Source of the DNA: Octopus vulgaris
Taxonomy: Eukaryota
DNA length: 64,000 nt
Assembly (NCBI GenBank): GCA_951406725.2
Contig: OX597827.1
Span: 28,272,001-28,336,000 of the forward strand
Direction: 5' to 3'
This document shows, in pieces, positions 40,462-53,028 of the stretch. The position numbers and the translations under genes are program-made. Every line of letters starts with the position of its first letter. Positions within the stretch are counted from its first letter, which is position 1. The notes under the pieces were generated by a model. It was not told the origin of the DNA and searched no databases. It was given only the letters and a program-made list of their open reading frames with translations.

Positions 40462-40519
40462 TTTGGCTGATGAGAAATCGGGCACCTATTTGGCACTAAA
40501 TTTCGAAACCGGTACCAGG
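40462..40519 (+). ncRNA. Type I hammerhead ribozyme, unit 2
   Basis: TTTGG CTGATGA GAAAT-21nt-ATTTC GAAA CCGG TA CCAGG; canonical CUGAUGA/GAAA core and GUA cleavage triplet; stem I UUUGG/CCAGG. Confidence 0.8.
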
Positions 40520-40789
40520 TTGACCTGCATTTCCTTGTTCTGAGCCATTTGAGGTAAGACATTATTATTGTTCACTGATATTTTTTCCTATCATGTCTGT
40601 AACATATTTCTGACTATTCGGTGGTATAGAAGTATTTTTTTACTTCTATCTTTAGCGATATAGGTACTCACGTAGTACCCTTCTGTATATACGTACATAT
40701 CTAATATTGTATGTATATATTTTATTAATATATATATATACACATATTTATACATACATATATACACACATATATATGTATGTATATAT

Positions 40790-40840
<51 letters not shown>

Positions 40841-40862
40841 GGTAGATAGATAGATAGATACT

Positions 40863-41812
40863 TCATTAAAAAGCAGCAAAAATATCACAAAAGCTGTTAC
40901 TCAGAGTTTCACGTTCCCGTTCGTCGGGCAGTTTTGTTTCGAATAGAAGAAAATAAGGTTATATGCATAAATATACATTTACTTTGATAAATAGAAGGTT
41001 AGCAATTCTTGTTGCAAAACTTCGTCTCTTTTATTAATCAGCATGGCACAAAAATTATTACAAACAACCACAGTGCCGAATCTAATCTCAGGAACTGCAA
41101 CTACAAAGATTTGACTTGCTGTCTGTTAGAAGGTAAATGTCTTGAAAAAGTAATTGTTCATAGCGCTAAAATGCAAATAGATAACTCACAAGAATATAAA
41201 ACTTGCACAGGTCCTTCGGAAAATTCATTCAAGACTCGGTTTTATTCCCACCGAAATTCTTTCCTATACCCCAAGCAACAATTCTTGCAAAACATGTCTG
41301 GAATTTGAAAGAGAATGACACCCGTCCTGGAAAAAGCACCACCATACAGACATGGATCTTATAGAAGACCTATGAAATGTAATCTTTGCCTTTGAGAAAA
41401 TTCTTTCATCCTGTTCCAGGATCAACATGCATTGAACAAGAGACACGAGCTCTTAAATTCCTGCAGGCACGCTGCGTAGTTTAAGATGTTGCTTAGTATG
41501 TCTTTGAAATTCTAAATATATATGTATTTTTGCGTAAAAATTTTCTTTAGGCGGATATATCTTTTAACTTATCTAAATTTATTATTATTTTTTACCGCCA
41601 AATATTTACCCTGGTATTCAGGTATTTTTTCTTTCTACATGAGCTATTTTTGATTCAACGTTTTCTTAAATGTTTGTACTAATATGATTTTAAACCGCAA
41701 TTGTAATTTTATGCAACTTTAGTTTGTTCCATTCTAAACAAAAATGTTCGACAAACGGGATCGTGAAAATCTGAGTAACAGTTTTTGTGATATTTTTTCT
41801 GCTTTTTAGTAC
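40863..41812 (+). mobile_element. Decayed Penelope-like element family B (GIY-YIG remnant) bracketed by inverted terminal segments
   Basis: 41009-41470 gives CN....CLLEGKCL...IVHSA...KTCTG.SENSFKTRFYSH.NSF and C.LCL.E...LN.R.ELLN.CRH; 40863-40945 is the inverted counterpart of ~41725-41812. Confidence 0.78.
40894..40935 (-). ncRNA. Minimal hammerhead-like motif of PLE family B
   Basis: Minus strand reads CTGC CCGACGA ACG GGAA CGT GAAA CTCTGAG TA ACAG; a more decayed copy lies on + at 41741-41786. Confidence 0.55.
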
Positions 41813-41894
41813 AGCATATCATTCCACCTCCGGTATTCGAGTACGAATATATATATATATTTATATTATGTATGCATGTATGCATGTATGTATG

Positions 41895-42062
41895 TGTGTG
41901 GTTGTGTTTGTCCCCCCACCATCACTTGACAACCGATTCGGCAAAAAGCGATCCATAGCATAAGAACTAGGCTTACAAAGAATAAGTCCTGGAGTCGATT
42001 TGTTCGACTAAAAGCGGTGCTCCAGCATGGCCACAGTCAAATGGCTGAAACCAATAAAATAA
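41895..42062 (+). mobile_element. SINE family A, 3' half
   Basis: TTTGTCCCCC..CTTGACAACCGAT...GCGGTGCTCCAGCATGGCCACAGTCAAATGGCTGAAAC. Confidence 0.82.
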
Positions 42063-42106
42063 TAAATGAATATATGTATACACACATACACATATATATA
42101 CCATAC

Positions 42107-43152
42107 CAAAAGTGAGGTCTCCAAAGTGCTGGAGACAAATAGAAACTGTGCGTGCAGCTATAGGCAACACTGTTGTGTTTGTTGTGCAATTGCCCGCGCC
42201 TGCCGCTGCGCACGCCTCGCTGCCATGCCCAGTCTTGACTTGGCAGTCGTATCTGATGGAGCTCCCGATTGACGCCAATTGTGAAGTTCGCACAGTTATT
42301 CGGTTTTTGAACGCAATTTCATTAAACCGTTTGAAATTCATCGCCCATTAACGGAAGTGTATTACGAGTCGTGCATGGATGTCGAAAACGTCTGCAAGCG
42401 ATTTACGGAGTTTGCAGCTGGTCGTATTGAAATTCATGACGATGTGATCGACTAACAATTTCCGACGACACAGTAACGAAGGTTGAGCAAATCCTGCGTG
42501 GAAATCTGCGTATCACTCTGGATGATCTCCGCACGTTGGTTCCTGAGGATTCCTGAAGCACCATTCATAGGGTTTTCAGTAAAAAGTTGCAGAGTATATA
42601 GAGCATTAGAGGAAATACTAATAGGGAAAATGTATTCTAAAATTGTGAAGCATATTACGTAATAACAGGTTAAGATAATATAATTCAAAGTAAATAACTC
42701 AGAAAAGGCTTTTGTGCATTCCCAGAGAATATTACCCTCGGGAGCGCTAGTGTCACTAACCAAAATAAGTGGATCTATTGTTTAGGTATTAGTCCCAAGA
42801 ATGTTCACAGAAGACCATAAACGGTAACCCACCTTATAGTCCTGACTTGAAGCCCAGTGACTACCACCTGTTCGCTAAGTCGAAAGAACATTTGGCCGGA
42901 ACGCGCTTCAGCATCGACGACGAGGTGAAAGAAGAGGTTCAACGCTTCTTCAAAGACATGGCGGTAAGCTGGTATGACATGGGCATACAAAAACTGCCAC
43001 AGCGCCTACAAAAATGCATCGATCGAAATGGCGATTATGCAGAAAAAGAGATAAATGTACAAACATCAAAATTATGTAAACATCATTGACAATAAATATT
43101 TCTGTGATTTCTAAATGTTTTTGGAGACCTTACTTTTGAGATTACCCTCGTA
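42107..43152 (+). mobile_element. Internally deleted mariner element
   Basis: TIRs CAAAAGTGAGGTCTCCAAA / TTTGGAGACCTTACTTTTG..CCCTCG|TA. Transposase N-terminus (CEVRTVIRFLNA) and C-terminus (HPPYSPDLKPSDYHLF...GIQKLPQRLQKCIDRNGDY). Confidence 0.88.
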
Positions 43153-43169
43153 TATATATATATATATAT

Positions 43170-44058
43170 ACAAGCTGATGCACTCGGTAATTCCCGGGAA
43201 AGCGGGGCTCATCTCTTGGTTCCGTTCTCATAATTGTTTCGCTAATCCAATAACAATACAAAGTATGTAGCCCTTAAAACAGTTTTGTGCATTTACAGAG
43301 AATACCGAACTGTCTTACACAGGATCTTGTTTTTAGGATTTCCCAATAAGTTATGAATACCCAAATTGTGAGGTCAGTTATGTAATAGCATGAAATTAAT
43401 TACCCGGTAATAAGAATTGAAATAAAGTAGCCCCGAAAAGAGTATATAGAACATAGAACGAAATACTAATGAGACATGTATTCTTAAATCATGAAGCATG
43501 TTACGTAATAACAGGCTAATCAGATATGAGATAATAACGATTCAAAGTAAATAACTCTAAAAAGCGCTTTTATGCGTTTGCAGAGAATATTACCCCCAGG
43601 GGCGCCAGTGTTGGTATATTCGTGAAGAAATCACTAACCGAAATAAGTGGATATATTGTTTAGGAGAATATTATTTGCTTGTTTAAAGGGTTGTACAGGA
43701 TAAATTGCGAAAATATCTCTAATAGTCCACATATTCAGAAATGAGCATACTCAATTTCATTGTTACCAAATAGTTTAGGAAAGTGAATGAGTTATTTCCC
43801 TTTGGTATATATAAGGATCTCTTCCAGCGGCGGAAGGGTTATTTCCCTTGGTTTTAAAAATAAAATATATTAGATTTATATAAGGATCCCTTCAAGGGCC
43901 CTATTATCAATTTCTTCAACAATCTAACTATTCTATGAGGTTTCTAGATATGAGTTCTACTCATGTATCAAGTTTCATCAACTTCGATAAAACGACGTAG
44001 GAGGTGTTAGCTAACAACTCCACAGACACACCTACAGACAGAATTTCCCACATATGTA

Positions 44059-44062
<4 letters not shown>
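43170..44062 (-). mobile_element. Putative non-autonomous Helitron-like element
   Basis: Left end CAAGCTG..CTCGG-TAATTC-CCGGG resembles the hairpin/CTRR end seen at 51002; right end AAGTTTCATCAA...CAGACAGAATTTCC..TAGTATATA lies in (TA)n. Confidence 0.45.
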
Positions 44063-44124
<62 letters not shown>

Positions 44125-44319
44125 ACACACACACACACACATATATATACATGTATATATGTATGTATATATATAAAGGTCACGATACAAGTATTGTGAC
44201 CTTTAAATGAATAATATGTATCTCTCACCCAATGGAATACCTTTTTTGTTGAATTTTCTATCACTGATGAGTTCAATACACACACATGCACACACACACA
44301 CACACATACACACACACAT

Positions 44320-44360
<41 letters not shown>

Positions 44361-44397
44361 TATGTCTGTATATGTTTGCATGTATGTTTCAATGCAC

Positions 44398-44835
44398 TGG
44401 CGAGTATGTGTGGTAAGAAGATTGCTTCCCAACCACATTATTCAGGATTCAGTCCCACTGTGTGACACCTTGGGCAAGTGTTTTCTGCTATAGCATTGCG
44501 CCAACTAAAGCCTTATGAGTGGATTTGTTAGATGGAAACTGAAAGAAATTTGGAGTGTATTTATATATATGTGTGTGTGCGCGCGCGTGTGTGTGTATGT
44601 GTGTGTTGTGTGTGTTGTGTGTGTGTGTGTATGTGTGTTTGTGTGTGTCTATATTTGTCCTCTCACCACCGGTATTGTGTTTACCTGCCGGTAAATTAGC
44701 AGTTCGGCAAAAGTGATCGACAGAATAAGGACTAGGCTTACAAAGAACAAGTCCTGGAATCGATTTGTTCGACTAAAGGCGGTGCTCCAGCATGGCCGCA
44801 AACAAATGACTGAAATACTTAAAAGAATGAAAGAA
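44398..44835 (+). mobile_element. SINE family A, full length
   Basis: tRNA-like head, GGATTCAGTCCCACTG, (TG)n, and tail GGCGGTGCTCCAGCATGGCCGCA..AATGACTGAAA. Confidence 0.85.
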
Positions 44836-45339
44836 TAAACATACAAACAGGCAGTCATTCTTACACAGCACACAAATGCACGACACGCAACGGACAACAA
44901 ATACCCGAGGAAAACCGCATATCTTTTACATTCCTGCGTGCGTGCGCGCCCACCCAAGCAAAACACACACACGCGCACACACACATACAGACACACACAC
45001 ATAGACACAACGCAACAAATTAATGTGCACACAAGCCCAATTACTCTCCCACCTACGCTCTCTAACCTCCCCTTTGGACTTCCGGTCAGTCAACGGTCAA
45101 CTCTATGGCCAGCTTAACGTTGGCATTTACACCATGTTGCTCTTTATCTTTCGTTTTTGCCACATCTTTTTCTCCTCTTACTCCACTTGAAAAACTACCC
45201 CAGTGTAAGATAATGTCCGAAATGTCATAACAATTAACTTTTTCCATTTCTCTGCGTATGAAACTTATAATGTTGACGGTGAACTTTTCCGGTTTGGAAT
45301 TTAACACACACACACACGCCCGCACAAACTCTCGCATGT

Positions 45340-45399
45340 ATCTGTGTGTGTATAAGTTTATATGCATGTACGAATATGCGTATATGTTCGTATATTCAC

Positions 45400-45463
<64 letters not shown>

Positions 45464-45768
45464 TTATATTTAGCATTGCACTGCACTGAAGCAGTATAAC
45501 GCTAGATAGCGCATGTAAACGAACTTCTTAATCAGAGAGTGCACAACATGTCAGTAGGTAGGTGGTGCTATGAATTTGTGTCTATATGAAAATAAAGAAA
45601 CGGGAAGGAAAATAATGGAATCACAAACATACTACGTGCACAAAACACCATAACACGAAATATTTAACACAAAGAAGATATACATATATATATATACATG
45701 TATATATATATACATACGTATACACATATATACTTACATAGATACATGTATATATATATATATGTGTG

Positions 45769-45812
<44 letters not shown>

Positions 45813-46720
45813 CATTCATAGATACATACATGTGTATATGTAGATATATGAACGTATGTGTATATATATGTATGTGCATGCATATATATACATATGTAGT
45901 TGTATGTATATATGCATATGTATGTGTATATATGTATATATATGTATGTATGTGTATATATATATATGTATGTGTTTATATATATGTATGTACGTGTATG
46001 TATAAGAACATATGTATGTGTGTATATATATGTATGTATGTATGTTTATATATATGTTTTTACGTATATATATTTATATATATGTATATGTATGTGTGCA
46101 TATATATATGTGTGTGTGTGTATCGGTATATATATATATATGTGTGTGTGTGTATATGTATGTTTATATAATTATATATGCATGTGTATATATATATGTA
46201 TATCTATATACATATACATACATATATATATACAAATTTTACGCAGTTGTGTGTGCGAAGGTGTCTGCGTCTGTATATGTATCTGTTATTGTGTAATCTC
46301 TCCTCACACGTTTACTTGACGAAAATATCCGCATGCACAACAATTTCATACAATATATACACATAAAAATCTACGTAGAGATGAATATTTGCATTGGAAA
46401 AAGAAATACAAACAAATGAAATATAATAAATACACTTTATAACCTCCTTGAATAAATCCAATTATCTTCTTGCTAAACTTCAAACAGAATCACTCTACAG
46501 ACCGTGAATTTTCGCCATTGAACCTGAACATTTCAAGGATTTTTTCCCAATAATCCATCTTCGCATAGTTTCGTTTATGAGAAGAACTCTGCCATTTTGC
46601 CCTATGTCTGAATCGATTTTCAAACTGCGACACCTATGCACACGTTCTGACTGATATACAGATATACATACCGACATAGATACAGAAATAAATACAGGCG
46701 ATACACCTCTCTCTCTCTCT

Positions 46721-46791
<71 letters not shown>

Positions 46792-46804
46792 TATTTAAAT
46801 ATGC

Positions 46805-46860
<56 letters not shown>

Positions 46861-47130
46861 ACATAATATATATATTTAAATATGCATATATGTATGCATA
46901 TGTTTATATATGTGTACGTATGTACACACGCATACATAAATATATATATATATATGTACGTATACATACACACATACATACACATACATGCATACATACA
47001 ACCCACACAAACACATACATAAATATTTGCTTATATACATGTACGTGTGCATAGAAATACACATATTGACATGTATCTCTGTTGAATGCACACATAGATA
47101 CACACACACGCATGTACGCACACATACTTA
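45340..47130. repeat. Compound TA/TG/CA microsatellite field
   Basis: Directly visible. Confidence 0.85.
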
Positions 47131-48351
47131 CAGATTGTTCGCTTTAATCGCTATGTTTTCAAACCCCATAACTGACCGTCTGCTGCTATTTATAGCCGGT
47201 TTCCCACACCAGCTGAATGTTCGATAATTCACAGAAACATCTTGATATCCCAGAAAGTTATTCTATCGTAAATACAGGCTTATTTTCTATTCGATATTCG
47301 TTTTCATTCCTCATATACCTTGGTCATAACACCATCTGAGTGCTTATTAGCTGTGGAGAATTTTCGAGGTATAACGTTATCGTTTAGACGAACTAAGAGG
47401 CTACTTATGGAGTATAATGAAAGTGCATCGTCTTCTGCCCTAGATGTATTGAGCTTGCGATTATAGGATCCTAGTTTTGATTCGTGTGCCGGCTGATACA
47501 TTTGACTGGAGGCATTACCTTTCACGTTGCACTAGATTTCTCAATTTAAAATGAGTACCAAGTTAGTGTTTGTGCAATCTGCCCCACCTCTAACTCTCAT
47601 ATCTTTGGTGACCCTCTGTGTGGAGGGCTGGAAGGGTCCAGAGTGTGTCTATATATGCTTATGAGCAAAGCATCATCACGGCCAGCTATCACAATAACAA
47701 AAAAACTAACAGTGCAGCAATGTCACCGAAGCTCCATCAAATGTTGGGGTCAATCACGCCACCAACAGCCAAACGGTTACTTGACAAACGAAACTACATC
47801 TTAAAACAATATACACATAAATACATGTCAGAAGAGACTGTTCCATTTCCCCAAATTTCTTGTTTGTCCATCTTAATCTCCGTAAACTGACGATACCCAA
47901 AACAAGGGAACACACCAAGAAATGGTGGTCGTAGACGGAGAAAACAAGCATCAAAACCAACCATAAAAGTTATTTTGGTTAAATTTTCGGCTTCAGTACT
48001 TAGAACAATTACCTGAAAGACTTAGCCTGGCACAGCTACAGCAATATGGAATGATCATTTTCAGTTCGAGATTATTCCTACAAACACTGAAATGTTATCA
48101 GTGCTCTTGTCCTAGTTGTTTCCATAGGGACAAAATCGTTTTACATACCACCGTTCAGTAGCCGAGCATTGCTCACTTGTGGAATTATGTGAAACGGCTG
48201 TTTTTAGTATCTAGGAAAGATCCATCTAACAACGGAGTCCGTCGTTGATCAGTAACCAAGAAGTGCTGACACTTTTACGAAGTCTAATAGTAATGACGAA
48301 AATTGTTGGAATGTGGGCAAGATGAAAAGAATTGAGGTCAGATAAGGGTTC

Positions 48352-48840
48352 ACGTGGCTGTGTGGCAAGAAGCTAGTTTCACAACCATATGGTTCCGGGT
48401 TCAATCCCACTGCGTAGCACCTTTGGGAACTGTCTTCTAATTCTGAAGACATACTCTTCACATTCGCCCATCTTGTAACAAAGTTTCTGGAACGAAGGAA
48501 TATCACAAAGTTTTGTGAGTGGCAGACGGAAGCTGAAAGAAACCTGCCCTATATAAATAAATAAATATATTTATATTTATATATATATATAAACACACAC
48601 ACATACACGCGCGCGCGAGTGTGTGTGCGTGTGTGTGTTTGTCCCCACCAATGCCTGACAACAGGTGTTGGTGTGTATACGTCCCCATAACTTAGCAGTT
48701 CGGTAAAAAAGACCAACAGAATAAGTACCCGGCTTTGAAGAAAATAGATACTAGGTTGATTCATTCGACTAAAATTTTTCAAAGTGGTGCACCAGCATGG
48801 CCGCTCTCTAGTAAGTGACTCGTAAAAAAAAAGAATGAAA
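48352..48840 (+). mobile_element. SINE family A, full length with internal rearrangement
   Basis: CGTGGCTGTGTGGCAAGAAGC..GGTTCCGGGTTCAATCCCACTGCG...GTGGTGCACCAGCATGGCCGC. Confidence 0.8.
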
Positions 48841-49451
48841 AACAAAATATGTACTTTATTCCGCGGTTTAGCTCTCACGTCTCCCTTAAAGTCCAAACTG
48901 GAATGGAGGATGAGGATGAAGAGCATAGAGTACTTGGATCCAGAAAATTTACTCCAAGGTAGACGAGCGTGGAGAGTATGTCTCAGGGTTATCTGCCTGT
49001 TTTCATCATGTATGTGTAGATCGAAGAATAAAGCTGCGTGAAACACCTCAATCTTGGCAGTCAGCCTGATCCTTATTGAGTCTGATCCTTCATTCGTCTT
49101 CGGTAGCCACCACAATTCGCGGACATCTCATTTCATTTCTTTTATGTAACCTATTGTCTTCCATATGTTTTTTTTAACCGACGTAAAGCTTCACCTTAAA
49201 ATTTGTATTTCATTCTTGCAATCTTGTCCTCACTTGACGCCATTGATGCAAACATTGGATTGGATTGCCCATGTTCAATCCGTTGCAGGACGAAAGCCCC
49301 AGCATGTGCTCTCCACCAGACACGGTCTGATGTACAGGTCGTTAATTTGAGCTTGAAATCATAATGATTTGGTGAGCCAATTCTGCCAGACTAGCTCAAC
49401 AGAGTTTGGTGGAGGGGCGCAGTTTATATACTCCTACCCAGGAGTAGTTAA

Positions 49452-49610
49452 GTCAATTATAATGACACCAGTGTTCAACTGGTACTTATTTTATCGATTC
49501 CTAAATAATGAAAGTTAAAGTCGGCCTCAACAGAATTTGAACGCAGAACTTAAGGACGGACGAAATACTGCTGTGCATATCGTCCGGCGTGCTAAACATT
49601 CTGCCAACTA
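49452..49610 (-). mobile_element. SINE family B copy
   Basis: CAACTGGTACTTATTTTATCGA...AAAGTCGGCCTC..AGAATTTGAAC...CCGGCGTGCTAA..TTCTGCCA. Confidence 0.75.
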
Positions 49611-50596
49611 GACGCAGATAAAACAATAGTTAATTTCATGTTCTACTTTAAACCTTTTGTATCTTTCCCCAATTTCATTCATGTCATTATGTGTGTGTGT
49701 GTGCATGTGTGTGTGTCTATGTATATATATTTATACATGCATGTATATTTATATATGCATGTGTATATATGCATATGTGTGTATGTATATATTTATACAC
49801 ACACGTGTATGCATGTGTGTGTAGGCGCGCGCGCGTACCAGGATATGTAGATCAATATGCGTAGGAGTGAATGAAGGAAAGGTATGTGTGGGTTTGATAG
49901 AAGAGATAGAGAAAAGTGAGTAGGAGAGAGAGAGAGAGAGAAGCAGGGAAAGCGGGAGTGAGAGTGAGTGAGGATGGAAAGAAAGAGACTGAGAGAGGGG
50001 GAAAGAGAGAGAACGAGAGGGAACGACGAGAGAGGGTGAATATCAATGCGTGAGTGTTTCAATCAGAGCAAGAGAGAAGAGTGAGTGTATATGTGCACGT
50101 TTATGTGTGTGTGTGTTTGTGTGAATTATGAACGTACATATGTGCATTTAAAGAGTCTGTGTGTGTGTGTGTTAACGAATGTGTGTGTGCACGCATACGA
50201 ATGTGAGTATATGTGTGTATATGCGCATATAGGTGTGCGCGTCTGTGTGTATGTGTACGTGTGTGTGCACGTAAATGTAGGTAGATAAACGTATACGCTT
50301 TCTAACGTTACCAATATTTCTGTCGATTCCGATTTTACTGTATTTTTTTAAAAATTCATATATTTATGTGTGTTGTTTTTCTCATCATTCTTTTCATATC
50401 ATTTTTATTGATTTCTCTTCTAAATTCTTGTTCCACGTGCGTTGAAAATGTTTCTATGCCAGAAACAATTCTTTCATCCTTCCTTTTCCTTATTTATAAT
50501 TCTGCAAGTTCATTATCTTCAATGCTTGCAAGCAGAAGAAATGTTCCGTTTGTGCCATCCTTCATCGCGTTTTGTCATTGATATCACAATATGGCA

Positions 50597-50740
50597 CGGG
50601 CGTGGCTGCGTGGTAAGGCGCTTGCTGCCTTCCCACAGGGTTGCGGGTTCAGTCCCGTTGCATGACACCTTTTGCAAGTGCCGTCTACTATAGCTTGTGA
50701 GTGAACTTCGTAGACGGAAACTGAAAGAAGCCCGTCGTGC
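50597..50740 (+). mobile_element. SINE family A, 5' half
   Basis: GCGTGGCTGCGTGGTAAG...GGGTTCAGTCCC...GTAGACGGAAACTGAAAGAAGCCCGTCG. Confidence 0.8.
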
Positions 50741-50888
50741 ATATATATAATTAGTATAATATATATATATAATTATATATATATTATATATATATATAAT
50801 TATATATAACTATATATAATTACATATATATTATATATATAGTTATATATAATTATATATATATATAATTACATATATATTATATATA

Positions 50889-50929
<41 letters not shown>

Positions 50930-50946
50930 GTGGTTTTGTCTCTAAT

Positions 50947-51001
<55 letters not shown>

Positions 51002-51002
<1 letters not shown>

Positions 51003-52194
51003 TAGCTGAAGGTGACCCGCTCTACGCGCGGGTAAGAGTGTGGTTGTTACTTTCTGTTGCTTCCTTTCAGCACGTAAAAAGCACCATCCGAACGTGGCCG
51101 ATTGCAGTGCCGCCTTGACTGGCTTCTGTGCCGGTGGCACGTAAAAAGCACCAACCGATCGTGGCCGCTGCAAGCCCCCCTGGCACCTGTGCCGGCGGTA
51201 CAAATAATGCACCCACTACACTCACAGAGTGGTTGGCGTTAGGAAGGGCATCCACCTGTAGAAACACTCCCAGATCAGACTGGAGCCTGGTGCAGCCTCC
51301 TGGCTTCCCAGATCCCGGTCAAACTGTCCAACCCGTGCTAGCACGGAAAACGGACGTTAAACGATGTTGATGATGATTCTCCCTCTTTGTTTCTCTCTCC
51401 TTTCTCTCTCACTTTCCCCACTCTCTTACCCTTCCTTTCTCTCGGACTCTCCCTCGCTTTCTCTTACTCTCTATCTTTATCTCTCTCTCTCCCATTTATA
51501 AACAACAAAAGATGTTGAGTAAGTTGAGAAATAGAATATTTAGAAAGATCAATCATAAATATCAGGCAGTGGCAACGGCAAGGTCTGCTTCAAAGCAGAC
51601 AACAAAACGCTAACATTTAAAAGGGACAGACGAACTTGCGAGCTGAATAAAAATAATAAAATATTGGAAACCAAAGTTTGAAGGGATAGAATCTGAGGAT
51701 AGTAGAGTCACCATGGCTGGCATTTCTTAACGACGGACAGCAACGTTTTGACAGTTTAACGGCTGGCGTAAAATTTTGTACTTGATGTAAAAGAAAATTC
51801 GTAAACACCAAGTTTTGAAGTGATTCTTTCTCACGACAGTAGACTCACCATGGCAAGCATTCAAAACTTCTTCATCATGGATGGCAACACATTGACGATT
51901 AAAAGGCTGGCGCAAATTTTTTTACTTGATGTAACAGAGAATTCCTAAACACTCGCTCCTTTAAATGTTAATCCCCTTCCAGCCCCATTTAGACCCCTTT
52001 TCACATTTTGGTTAATATAACCCGATTTCATTCGGGTGTACTGCGGCCACATTTTATAAGATGAGGAATATCGTCCTAGAGGTCACGCGTTTCATTTGAG
52101 GAAAAACAAAATAGTTGTCATGCAAACTTGCCAGCACTTTTAACATAGGTCTGCATATTTTCAGCTGAACCGACCGACCACATAATGCACACAT

Positions 52195-52245
<51 letters not shown>

Positions 52246-53028
52246 GTGTGTGTGTGTTGGAGTGTCTCTCAAACGTGGCAGTTGACGCTGAATTCGACTG
52301 GTAAGCAGGTAACCTTGTCTTTGTTGAAATAGTTGTGAGCTGCTGGAATTATTTCTCTGACGGGTAATAGGAATTTCCATATCCTCCGAGGAAACGAACT
52401 GTTGACCCAGACAATTAGAATTAATTTTAATAAAAGCATCAATTTAAGAAAAAATAATAAAGTAGTAAAAAATGAAAATTTAGCACGAAAAGTTTGCAGG
52501 GTTCTAAATAAATGTTAAAATGTAATAGATACGAAAAACCCACGTTATCACCAGAACACGAACGCTCGTTGGTGTGTTGTGTTTGTATTTGCTCCATCGG
52601 CGCGTTGACAGGCAGACAATAGAATGCGATAGCGAGATTGATAATATTTGTTGTCATGATTGTATGTTGGTAGTGGCGATGGTAATTCTCTCTATGAATG
52701 CAGACAGATACATAAAAGAACGCTGTTTGAGGAAGTGAATGTAATGGGATTGTATGAAATAGAGTGAGTGAAAAAGTGCTGGGAAGAGAGGAAATAGCGA
52801 GAGTGAGTTGATGAAGACAGATACATTAAAGAACGTGAGTGGACTTGTCAAAGTGGGTTTTTGGCCCTAGCAACGACACCTTTTAAGGTAGGGATTTCTA
52901 AGGTAGTCCACGGGCATCGTCACCTCATTTTACATGTCCCTGTAAATTTTGGAGTGAATCCGACGAAATGTAGTGGCCTTGAAAGCGATCCAAGCGGTAA
53001 AAACGCATTTCAGTTTTATATATAGAGA
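51002..53028 (-). mobile_element. Non-autonomous Helitron, copy A (2027 bp)
   Basis: Minus strand begins TCTCTATATATAAAA and ends with the hairpin ACCCGC-GCGTAGA-GCGGGT, then CACCTTCAG-CTAG|T. Carries a SINE-like segment with a (GAT)n tail at ~51067-51376. Confidence 0.85.

Larger units (their letters stand above)
39987..40730 (+). repeat. Tandem repeat, 444-bp unit (~1.7 copies), one hammerhead ribozyme per unit
   Basis: GAGAATGTTAGTAGTAG starts at 39987 and at 40431; homology continues to ~40290 and ~40730. Confidence 0.9.
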
